DNA of 61,144 nucleotides, filler included. It is 4 parts of 4 records of this genome, joined end to end, with 100 filler letters (N's around TTAATTAATTAA, not from the genome) between each part and the next. Parts side by side here need not be neighbours in the genome. Positions count along the whole stretch, not along the records: positions 1 to 25,521 come from DRR378314_2004; positions 25,622 to 43,812 come from DRR378314_2006; 2 more parts are not named here. The stretch is one strand, 5' to 3'. This document shows positions 19,940 through 29,597 of this stretch, in pieces. Under the pieces are notes generated by a model. The model did no database searches. It was not told where the DNA came from and saw nothing but the letters and a program-made list of their open reading frames with translations. The first letter of the stretch is position 1. Every line of letters starts with the position of its first letter. The position numbers were made by a program, and so were the translations under genes.

Positions 19940-20622
19940 AAGCCATGATCCTCGCGGCCGGCAAGGGCGAGCGCATGCGGCCGCTGACACTGAGAACCCC
20001 GAAGCCGCTCCTTCCCGCCGGCGGAAAGCCGCTGATCGTTCACCACCTCGAACGTCTGAAAGCCGCTGGTTTCAGGGAGCTCGTGATCAACCACGCCTGG
20101 CTGGGCGATCAGATTGAAGCGGAACTGGGCGATGGCCGCTCCCTGGGGTTGAGCATTGAGTACTCGCGGGAACACGTACCGCTGGAAACCGCCGGTGGGA
20201 TTGTGCATGCCCTTCCCCTGCTGACCCAACCCAACAACACGTGGTTTCTGGTGATCAACGGTGACATCTGGTGCGACTTCGATCCTGCGCAGCTGAATCC
20301 GCCCGAAAACGCCGACGCCCTTCTGGTGATGACAGAAAACCCGGAACACCATCCGGCCGGGGATTTCTGCCTGCACCCGGATGGCACAGTGACCGAGGAC
20401 GGCGCCGAGCTACTGACCTTTACCGGTATCAGCCTTCTTAACAGAAACCTGTTTGAAGATTTGGCGCCGGGCACCCGGAAGCTTGCGCCAATCCTGCGTG
20501 AAGCCATGTCGCGGAAGCGTGTAAAAGGCCTGCACCACAACGGCCTCTGGATGGATATCGGAACGCCCGAACGGCTCCAGGAACTGGACAGGATACTCAG
20601 GGAAGACAGGGCCGAATCATGA
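19936..20622 (+). CDS. murU: N-acetylmuramate alpha-1-phosphate uridylyltransferase
   Basis: KAMILAAGKGERMRPLT..PKPLL, LETAGGI, NGD, WMDIGTPERL. Confidence 0.9.
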   Translation: MKAMILAAGKGERMRPLTLRTPKPLLPAGGKPLIVHHLERLKAAGFRELVINHAWLGDQIEAELGDGRSLGLSIEYSREHVPLETAGGIVHALPLLTQPNNTWFLVINGDIWCDFDPAQLNPPENADALLVMTENPEHHPAGDFCLHPDGTVTEDGAELLTFTGISLLNRNLFEDLAPGTRKLAPILREAMSRKRVKGLHHNGLWMDIGTPERLQELDRILREDRAES

Positions 20623-21374
20623 CCAATGACGCCCGGGACAACAACTTGCCCACCCGCATGGAGGCGGAGTTCAGCGAACTGCTTGGGGAACTGGGTGCTT
20701 GCGGCCATCAAGCCAGCGAGCTTTTGGTCAGAACCCGACTGCCACGCTGGTGTCGCCGAAGCCTGTTCTTTTTCCTGGGCTACATCGCCAAATCGGAGGG
20801 GCGAGTCACAGAGAAAGACATCGGGTTCGCTGAAACCCTGATGAAAGCCCTGAAACTCTCCGGCCGCCAGCGGCGCAAAGCCATCGGAAACTTTCGTAAG
20901 GGCAAGACTGCCGAGCGTATCCCTGCCCTGAAAGCCCTGGGGTTGAAGCTGACTCACCGGCTCTGGCCATCGCCCGCGCTGCGTGTGGCCATTTGCCTGT
21001 GCCATGCGGCGCAGTTGCAGGGCCGGCCGCAAAAGCCCAGACGCTACCGCTGCGAAGACGCCATCGACCAGATGGGGCTGCCAATCCGGGTCAGCGATGA
21101 CATCCTCGAAAGCTACGCCAGCAAGGTGTGGATCACCGAACCCGAGAGCCAGCCCAAGCCATCCACCTTCGAGCAGGCCTGTCAGGTGCTCGGCGTCACC
21201 CGCCGTGACAGTCGCGAGGCCATCAAACGGGCCTACCGCAAGAAGGTCTCGGAATGTCATCCGGACAAACTGGCGCAGCAAAAACTGAGCCCGTCGGAAC
21301 TGGCCCGGGCCAAGGACCGCCTGTTGCGATACCAACAGGCATGGGAACTGATCAGCCGGCGCCTGTCGGTCTGA
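20619..21374 (+). CDS. djlA: DjlA-like co-chaperone (TerB-like + C-terminal J domain)
   Basis: LGYIAKSEGRV; IKRAYRK..HPDKL; position after amgK-murU; canonical N-terminal TM not evident. Confidence 0.75.
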   Translation: MTNDARDNNLPTRMEAEFSELLGELGACGHQASELLVRTRLPRWCRRSLFFFLGYIAKSEGRVTEKDIGFAETLMKALKLSGRQRRKAIGNFRKGKTAERIPALKALGLKLTHRLWPSPALRVAICLCHAAQLQGRPQKPRRYRCEDAIDQMGLPIRVSDDILESYASKVWITEPESQPKPSTFEQACQVLGVTRRDSREAIKRAYRKKVSECHPDKLAQQKLSPSELARAKDRLLRYQQAWELISRRLSV

Positions 21375-21499
21375 CCCCCAGGGTTTTTATTTCAAAGCCA
21401 GGCTTGCTAAACTCTCGTCGTTGATGTTCACCCACAACCAACACCAGAGCGGGCCCATGGATCAGCGGCCTGTATGACCCACCGAAAAGGAGCATTCCC

Positions 21500-21787
21500 A
21501 TGGGTAAGAAACTCGTCCTCCTCGGCGACATCGGTACCGACCACCAAGGCTTCCCTCCAACCCCTGTCATTACCGGCAGCGCCACTGTACTCATCGACGG
21601 CAAACCCGTTGCCCGACTCGGTGACCAGCTCGCCATGCATTCAAAACCCAAGCACCCACCGCACCCCCGAGCCATCGCAGCGGGCAGTCCCACCGTGATG
21701 ATTGAGGGCAAACCGGCCGCTCTGACCGGCGATGCCATCAGTTGTGGCGGCGTGGTCATCGGCTCATCCAGCGCGGTCGGCGGCTGA
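21500..21787 (+). CDS. PAAR-repeat protein (T6SS spike-tip type)
   Basis: 95 aa; DGKPVARLGD and EGKPAALTGD repeats; His/Cys metal ligands; RBS AAGGAG. Confidence 0.9.
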   Translation: MGKKLVLLGDIGTDHQGFPPTPVITGSATVLIDGKPVARLGDQLAMHSKPKHPPHPRAIAAGSPTVMIEGKPAALTGDAISCGGVVIGSSSAVGG

Positions 21788-21794
21788 CGGGGCC

Positions 21795-22808
21795 CTAACG
21801 CTTGGCTGTAAGCCAGGCCGAAATGCGGTTGGTAAGGGCGGGAGCCTTCCTGGGTTGCGGCTGCTCAGACATGGCAACAGGTTGCCGCGAGTAGCCGGTA
21901 ATACCCGCCCGCTTGAACGCGGCCTCCCGTTGTTTTGGCGACCATTGAGCCATTTCTCCGTCGCCCGATGAGCTACGCGCGCTATGAAGTTCCAGTACTC
22001 TCAATGAGCCAGCCGTCTCAAGCGACGCTTCAAGAGCCTCCGATTCGCTCTGATCCAATTCCGGCGCAATCCAGACCAATGCCGATACGGCGCCCCCCTC
22101 GCTGGCAGCGGCCACCCTCGTAACATGAGCAGCCGCCCGACCAATGCCAACCAGGGCTATCTGGTTGTAGCCACGATCAACCAGGTTCCCGACCGCCACA
22201 GCCAGGGTCTTCTGGACGCGAGTGCGATACCGGTCTTCCAACGCCTCAACATCGTCGCTGGCCATCACATCAATCATCACCGACTCACCCTCGTTCGCTG
22301 ACTCCTCGGGGGCTTCATCGGGGGCGCCCGTTTTAGGCATGCCAGACTCTGCGGATGGCCCGAAATTCCGTTGCCGACGCGCTTCCTGCAGGGCATACGG
22401 CGGTGTCTCGAGCCCAAGCACCATCACAGCCCAGCCGGCACGCGCCATCGGCGGCCGCAGGGCGCCAGCCAACCCCGAGGCCGGCGACTGCCCCTCATCC
22501 GCAAGAATCACCACGGCGCCCTTCGCAGGAACGTCAGCTTCCGGCTCAAACAGTGCCAGCACCCTGGCTTCGTCCGGTGGTTCAAGCCATACAGCGGCAC
22601 CCGGCCAATTGGCGGCAATCGACTCAGAATCAAGGCCGGTCGAAATCATCGGCCGCTCGACAGCCTTCTCCGAGGTGTCTCTGGCTTCCGGGCTGGCTGT
22701 TTCCTCGTTTTGTTCTGCCCTCGCCGCCGCGGACAGGGCGACCAACACCAGAATACTGGCCACGACCATCATTGACCGGAACACCCATCTTTCAATCCAT
22801 CTGCTCAC
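21795..22808 (-). CDS. DUF3530-like exported alpha/beta-hydrolase-fold protein
   Basis: Signal peptide; GAVVILADEGQ, LRPPMARAGW, IALVGIGRAA; position next to rpe. Confidence 0.65.
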   Translation of the reverse strand: MSRWIERWVFRSMMVVASILVLVALSAAARAEQNEETASPEARDTSEKAVERPMISTGLDSESIAANWPGAAVWLEPPDEARVLALFEPEADVPAKGAVVILADEGQSPASGLAGALRPPMARAGWAVMVLGLETPPYALQEARRQRNFGPSAESGMPKTGAPDEAPEESANEGESVMIDVMASDDVEALEDRYRTRVQKTLAVAVGNLVDRGYNQIALVGIGRAAAHVTRVAAASEGGAVSALVWIAPELDQSESEALEASLETAGSLRVLELHSARSSSGDGEMAQWSPKQREAAFKRAGITGYSRQPVAMSEQPQPRKAPALTNRISAWLTAKR

Positions 22809-22927
22809 AGGCTGTCACTCATTCCGTGCGAAAAATCACCATCAAACTGATAGACTAGCACCTTCGCGGCAGGGACCGCTGTGTGCGCATCACCGAGACC
22901 ATTATCAATACGTTCAAGAGAGCCGTC

Positions 22928-23614
22928 ATGAACCCTTTTCAGATTGCCCCGTCCATCCTGTCAGCCGATTTTGCCCGACTGGGCGAGGAAGTCGATAACG
23001 TACTGGCCGCCGGTGCCGACATCGTTCACTTCGACGTCATGGACAACCATTATGTTCCCAACCTGACCATCGGCCCAATGGTGTGTGAAGCGCTCCGCAA
23101 ACATGGCGTGACCGCCCCCATTGATGTCCACCTGATGGTGTCACCGGTGGACGACCTGATCCGTATGTTCATTGATGCCGGTGCCAGCTACATCACCTTC
23201 CATCCAGAAGCGTCGAACCACATTGACCGCTCCCTGCAACTGATCCGCGAAGGCGGCTGCAAAGCCGGCCTGGTGTTCAACCCGGCCACGCCGCTGCACT
23301 ACATCGACCATGTGATGGACAAACTGGATATGATCTTGCTGATGTCCGTGAACCCCGGATTTGGCGGACAGACGTTCATTCCCGGCACCCTCGACAAGCT
23401 GCGCGAAGCCCGCAAGCGTATTGACGCCAGCGGCCGCAATATTCGCCTGGAGATCGACGGCGGTGTAAAAACCGACAACATCCGCGCGATCGCCGAAGCC
23501 GGGGCCGATACCTTTGTGGCCGGCTCGGCTATCTTCAACACCGACGACTACAAGGCTACCATCGACAAAATGTGGGCGGAACTGGCCCTGGCCGCACAGG
23601 GTAAAAACCGATGA
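22928..23614 (+). CDS. rpe: Ribulose-phosphate 3-epimerase
   Basis: [44 protein letters not shown]. Confidence 0.97.
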   Translation: MNPFQIAPSILSADFARLGEEVDNVLAAGADIVHFDVMDNHYVPNLTIGPMVCEALRKHGVTAPIDVHLMVSPVDDLIRMFIDAGASYITFHPEASNHIDRSLQLIREGGCKAGLVFNPATPLHYIDHVMDKLDMILLMSVNPGFGGQTFIPGTLDKLREARKRIDASGRNIRLEIDGGVKTDNIRAIAEAGADTFVAGSAIFNTDDYKATIDKMWAELALAAQGKNR

Positions 23615-24300
23615 GCCTGTCGGGGTTGTTTAGCCAGCGATGGCCGGGGGTCGCCCTGTTCGACCTGGACGGCACACTGGTAGACAGCGCCCCGGATCTG
23701 GCGGCCGCCATCGACGCCATGCTGGAACAACTGGGCCGCCGCAAAGCCGGAGCAGACAACGTGCGCCAATGGGTGGGCAATGGCGCCAGCGTGCTGGTAC
23801 GGCGCGCCCTCGCGGGGCAGGCGAACTGGGAGCCGGCCCTGCCAAAAGACGATGCTCTGTTCAACGACGCCCTGGCCATGTTTTATCACGCCTATGACAA
23901 TCTCAACGGCCAGCACGCTGTGCTGTACGAAGGCGTGGAAGAATGTCTGGCCCGGCTGGCGGACTATGGCTGTCGCATGGGTATCGTGACCAACAAGCCG
24001 GAGCAGTTTGTGGCTCCGTTACTCGAGCAGATGGGCATTGAGCACTGGTTCGATATCTGCGTCGGCGGAGACACCCTGCCGGTGCGCAAGCCAGACCCGC
24101 AACCGCTGATCCATGCCATGACCGAGTTGGGGGGCACCCGAGGCACCACGGTGATGGTCGGGGACTCTGTCACCGACATCAGTGCCGCCCTGGCGGCAGG
24201 TATTCCTGCGGTGGCGGTACGATACGGCTACAATTACGGAGCGTCAGTGGATTCGCTCGGCGCGGATGCCGTTGTTGATTCCCTGGCCCAGCTTTTGTAA
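23611..24300 (+). CDS. gph: Phosphoglycolate phosphatase (HAD)
   Basis: [23 protein letters not shown]; rpe-gph-trpE order. Confidence 0.93.
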   Translation: MSLSGLFSQRWPGVALFDLDGTLVDSAPDLAAAIDAMLEQLGRRKAGADNVRQWVGNGASVLVRRALAGQANWEPALPKDDALFNDALAMFYHAYDNLNGQHAVLYEGVEECLARLADYGCRMGIVTNKPEQFVAPLLEQMGIEHWFDICVGGDTLPVRKPDPQPLIHAMTELGGTRGTTVMVGDSVTDISAALAAGIPAVAVRYGYNYGASVDSLGADAVVDSLAQLL

Positions 24301-24365
24301 TCTCACAGGATATTGATTTGAAACCTTCAATTCGGGAGATTCCTGCCGTGCAGGGACTGAGTCTG

Positions 24366-24428
24366 ATGACAGCGCGAGGCGTACTGATAACCCGCGCAAC
24401 ACGATGGTGGCGATGGCGCACCGGCTGA
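24366..24428 (+). CDS. trpL: trpE leader peptide [20 protein letters not shown]
   Basis: 20-codon ORF with three Trp codons (24405, 24408, 24414); ends 49 nt before the trpE ATG; too short for the ORF track. Confidence 0.85.
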   Translation: MTARGVLITRATRWWRWRTG

Positions 24429-24477
24429 ATGCCGCCCGAAAGTCCACCATACAGATCAGATTTCAGGAACCGTTATC

Positions 24478-25521
24478 ATGACACCCGAGCAATTCGCCGA
24501 GCTCGCCAAGGCCGGCTTTAATCGTATCCCCGTATACCGTGAAGTCCTCGCCGACCTGGACACGCCCCTGAGCACCTATCTCAAGCTGGCCAGCGGCCCC
24601 TATTCCTACCTGTTTGAATCCGTACAGGGCGGTGAAAAGTGGGGCCGTTACTCCATCATCGGCCTGCCCAGCCAGGAAGTCCTCAAGGTTTACGACCACA
24701 CCGTCACCATTACCCGAGACGGCAAAGTGATCGAAGAAACCACGGTCGAGGATCCATTGACGTTCGTGGAAGACTACCAGGCCCGCTTCAACGCCCCGGA
24801 CCTGGACGAACTGCCGCGCTTCAATGGCGGTCTCGTCGGCTATTTCGGCTATGACACCGTGCGCTACATCGAGAAGCGCCTGCGCGACACCTGCCCCCCG
24901 GACAAGATCGGCACACCGGACATCCTGTTGATGGTGTCCGGCGAAGTGGTGGTGTTCGACAATCTGCGTGGCAAACTGCACCTGATCGTCCATGCTGACC
25001 CCAGCCAGGAAGGCGCCTACGAAAAGGCCCTGCAACGCATTGATGAGTTGGAATCCCGCCTGCACCGGCAAACCGCCGACGCACTCCGCACCCCGGAGCA
25101 CCTGCGTGGCAAGACGGTGGACGAGAGCGATTTCATTTCCGGCTTCAACCAGGAAAAGTTCGAAGCGGCCGTGGGCAAAATCAAGGAATACGTGCTGGAC
25201 GGTGACGTGATGCAAACCGTCATCTCACAGCGCATGTCCATTCCCTTCGAGGCACCGCCGCTTAACCTGTATCGCTCACTGCGCGTGCTGAACCCCTCCC
25301 CCTACATGTATTTCCTGGACCTGGACGACTTCCACATCGTCGGTTCGTCACCGGAAATCCTCGCCCGGGTGGAAGACGAGGAAGTCACGGTGCGCCCCAT
25401 CGCTGGCACCCGCAAACGCGGCGCCACCGATGCCGAGGACAAGGCCCTGGAAGCGGAACTGCTGGCTGACCCCAAGGAAATCGCCGAGCACCTGATGCTG
25501 ATCGACCTGGGCCGCAACGAC
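24478..25521 (+). CDS. trpE: Anthranilate synthase component I, 3'-truncated at the contig end
   Basis: [51 protein letters not shown]. Confidence 0.97.
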
Positions 25522-25621
25522 NNNNNNNNNNNNNNNNNNNNNNNNNNNNNNNNNNNNNNNNNNNNTTAATTAATTAANNNNNNNNNNNNNNNNNNNNNNN
25601 NNNNNNNNNNNNNNNNNNNNN
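25522..25621. other. Artificial contig spacer (N44 + six-frame stop linker TTAATTAATTAA + N44)
   Basis: Exactly 100 bp; identical design to the other two spacers. Confidence 0.98.
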
Positions 25622-25628
25622 AACGTAC

Positions 25629-28600
25629 GTTGATGCGATTGCCGCCATTTTGGTGTGTACGGCGATTCGAGGTGCGAACGAGGCGGAAACGCCTGGCTGC
25701 TGAACAACTGTTTCGGAAGTGGAGAACCAGCCAAGAAATTTGCATCTACAGCACAAACAAGTATCAAGCGGAAATAACACACACAAAAAACATATCTCTT
25801 ACACATGTGCGAGGGAATCGCTTTCGTTTCGAGATCGATACAATTCGAAAACGGCGCAAATGGACTTGCACGTGACTAATAGTAAACACCGAGCCAATCT
25901 GATGACCGCGAATGCGGTTCCAGAACCCGCAAGACTAATCGCGATTCCATAAATTTCTTCCAGACTCTGGAGCGCTTGATCAGTTGGGAGCTCTTTCACC
26001 AATACATGTAACATAATCCAGATGAACTCTTCCACCGAAGCAAAGAAGTCGACTGAGAGTCCTTCGCAAATACTACTGAATGTGATCCTTTCTTGCGGTA
26101 CACTTCATTCTTTCAATTTTCGAACTACGGAACGTTTCTTGTGCTCTCGACTTCTGCAATTCTCCTTCGCGCCCGAGTAGACATGAGTGATTCGTGTGCT
26201 TTACGTACCATTTTCGACTCCAAACGTCGCGCCGGGCTGCGAGCGAGCAAACGGTACCGGACTGTGATTCGGTTTGCTTCCAGGCTTAATCCAAACTTTT
26301 CGCATTCCTGGGAACGATCCATTTTCTCCATTCATGAACACGACTCCGCGAATACTCGTTTCCAGTGGACGTGAAGGGGACAGCGGCTTCTGTTCTGTAC
26401 TCGTTTTCGCCTCTGCAGCCTGTTTCGAAGATGACGCTTTTCCCGTTTTCGCCTTGTCCACTACAACGCGTAGCTTCTTCCCGGCTGCCTGATTCTTCTG
26501 GACCGGCTGCGGGCGAGTGCGAAAAGCAATGGATGCGATGTGCGAGCAAACACAATCGCATGTACACAGTCAGAACGACAAACGATAGATCGACTCGATA
26601 CAGGACAGAGTCCGCGTTTCCAGCATTTCATTGTACGGCTAGCTATCTCCGTCACCTACATTGCTAACCATCTCATTGAGCTCCACGCCTTCCGCGCAGT
26701 CACTCTACACAGTGAACCGGCGTGGAGCGCCCCTCCCAATGAGAGATTTGGAAGCAGTTCACGGCGCGCCCGCTCACCTGCTGACCGTCCACCGCGTTCT
26801 CCACCTTGCGGGCCTTTTTGCGCTTGTCCTGCGCTTTCGCCGCTGGTGCTGCGTTCTGAGCATCCTCCGTCTCCTCGTCGTCGGTGTCGAGCATATCACC
26901 AAACAGCGCGCGTTCGGCAAGCTCGGCAGGAGGCAGCGCTCTCCCCTCCAGCGCCTCAACCACGTCAGCTGGGACGACCTTCATGTCAATCTCAGTTTCA
27001 CCTGATATGACTGACTCGTACTTACGTTTCATGGTCGAGTTCCAGTGGTTCTTGATCGCATTATCCGTTCTGCATCCACGCGTAAGGCGTCGACGGGGAG
27101 CGGAAAGGTGAAGCGATTCGCGCAACATCGATTTCTGCTTAGTCGCTGCGCTACGCAATCCATCTCTACTCCCTGTCACTCTCACGAGTTCTCTTCATCG
27201 GAATCGCCACGCATAAACTATTGTCAATGCTCCAAGCGAAGAGGGACCCTGTAACTTTCCAGTCCGAATACAGGTCCCTCCTTACTAGCAACCTCAGCAG
27301 ACGCACGAAATTTCGGAGCGCTAGGTCGCGCATATTCGGGTATACTGCGGGGAAAGGGAAAGGAGCAAGAGCGTTTGCGGGTGGACAAGCAGCGCCCTCA
27401 CGCACTATCACACCCGTATCTGATCACAAGCGCGGAGTTCCAACCCTCGCGCGTCACTCGCACGTACCTTCCACAAACAAATTTCGCAATTTCCGCCCAA
27501 CGATTGCCCTTTTTCTTATGCACAGCCAAAATTGCCATATCTTCTGCAATCGTCCAGGGTCCCTTTTTCACATTTGGGTCGAGGTGGTTGTGCCATCGTT
27601 CGCGACACTGCTTTCCGATTCTGAACACGATCCACAAAAAAGGCGAATTTTCGCGCATAATAGCCACGAGTACCCATAAACGATCCATTAAAACATACGT
27701 GGGTGGGACTAGAATGACGGCACGGTGAAAGGTTTGCCGAAAATATACCGGTAAATAACAAAAATTTCGTACTGGCATTCTCCCACGTATCGAGCGCCGA
27801 GGCGGCAATCAAGTACCAGACGAACATGTGGTCACTCGTTTCGCTATTTCGCACCATACTCTTCCTCTTCAGCAGTTTGGTATACTGCGCATTGAAGAGA
27901 CTATGCTGAGCTATGTCAATGCGAAGTACATTAGGACAATAATCCAAAACGTACCTTCCAGGGAGATGACTGGCGATAACTGACCACTTTCGTGGGCCGT
28001 ATTTCCGAACGAGTGATATCACGAGGTTGTCCTCCTGCGTTCAAGAACAAATCAGGGCGGTTTCCAAGCTCCGTTCAGGATAATGCGGTTGCGGTGGAGT
28101 ACGTCTTGCAAAAGCAAAAATCAAAACGCTTACAGAGACGAGACTGCATTCATAGATGGGGCCGGGATGCATATTTTTTTTTGGCTCGCATCTGGCTCTG
28201 AGGCGCAACATATGTTCTTCTTCTGCTGTTGCTGCATAGCGCACGATTTGCTGAACCCAAACAACAACACGAACAATGTACTCTCCCAGGTTCATAGAAA
28301 AAAGCGGCTCACGGTCTGGCAGTCTTTTTCCCGCTTGTAACGATAACTTATCCACTAGTGTAGAAATAGCTACGCAGAGAAAAAAGCGTAGGCGTACCTC
28401 TGACGTCCACGGTCCTTTGACAAGATTCGGGTTGAGCACTTTTTGCCATCGGTGGAGACATTGCACGTCGGTTCGATTGGGAAAGTACGAAGCAATCTTC
28501 TTCCAGTTTTTCCCCATATGCTCAGCGACAACGCGGCGCAAGAGCTCGTCCTGCACCCAGACACAAGATTTAGAAGCACACACACACAACCAAAAAAAAA

Positions 28601-29597
28601 AAACGGACGCAATATTAATCACGATTCCTTGCAAGGCATCTACTCAAAAATCAAAGCAGCATCACTGCGCGACTCGATGCAAAATCAGCGAGTTTGATCC
28701 TGTATGCGATTCTCCACGTCGCTCATCTGCTTCGACTCTGTGCGGCGCAGACGAGCGCGACAATCCCGAGCAACCCTATCTTGTCCACCACACACGACAC
28801 TCCTCTCTGGCAGTTTTCACGCCTACGCTTCACTCTACTTGCAGGAACGCTTTGTAAGAGAGCCCGTAATTTTCTCCAGTGTTTCTGACGGAAACACCAG
28901 CCAAGGTTCTTTGGCAACACGTAAGAAACTGAGCACCTGTTTTCATACCTCGTCTTGCGTCCACTGTCCGCGCGACGACTTGTGCACAACCGGCTGTCGC
29001 TTCATGAGCCTGCAAGGATACGGAGCGGCACCACATACACGCTGCCACGCGTCAAACGCGCGCTCCTTCGAACGAAGTGCACGTACATACAAATACAAAG
29101 AAGAAGACACGCATTTTTGAATTCCAGTACAGGAGTTTCTGCGTACGGCACCATGTGCTAATCGGCACCTGTGCAGCACATGCTGGCGCAGCGTCGAGGC
29201 AGGGGGGGGGACGCAGGCGACACGGCGGCCGACGCGCGGAGACGGCCATACGAGCACAGCAGCACTCGCGCACAGAGCCCAAGCGAAGCGAGCACAGTAC
29301 CATTCTTCGGCCCGCTGACGGGTCTGTTGCACAATACCGAGATAGCAAAGTCTTCTATCGGCCTATATAGGCGAGACGCCGTGGGAAATCTCTTCTTCGC
29401 TCCGCTCAGAATGCGCCGGATGGCTCGTCAGGCAAAAACATGAGAAGAGAACAAAGCCAACAAACGGTTCCAAAACAAAGAACAGAGAGTCTTGGCAAAC
29501 AAACGCACGTGTCTTGCTTTTGCACTTCGTCAACCGGGAATTTGAGTTTGTTTCCATACTTGCCCATCGGCGGCTCATCTGCGCCGTCTTCTTTCAT
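25629..29597 (-). CDS. R1R2R3 (3R) MYB transcription factor, multi-exon, 3'-truncated at the contig edge; 5' end uncertain
   Basis: Exons 29597-29560, 29009-28949, 28550-28398, 28034-27955, 27620-27468, 27069-26778, about 26506-26209, 25745-25629 splice in phase. They give RGQWTQDEDELL..NWKKIA..RTDVQCLHRWQKVLNPNLVKGPWT..WSVIASHLPGRIGKQCRERWHNHLDP..NRWAEIAK..GRTDNAIKNHWNST. Confidence 0.92.

Noticed and set aside
13282-21335. Long antisense ORFs (13282-14283, 16586-17377, 20109-21335; also 50966-51784)
   Set aside because: Shadows of GC-rich coding strands with no recognisable motifs
1-25521. Horizontal transfer of a bacterial block into the eukaryote
   Set aside because: Joined only by an artificial spacer; intact operons, RBSs and no introns point to a separate genome
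25566-25577. TTAATTAATTAA palindrome occurring three times
   Set aside because: Centred in identical N-runs; an engineered six-frame stop linker, not biology
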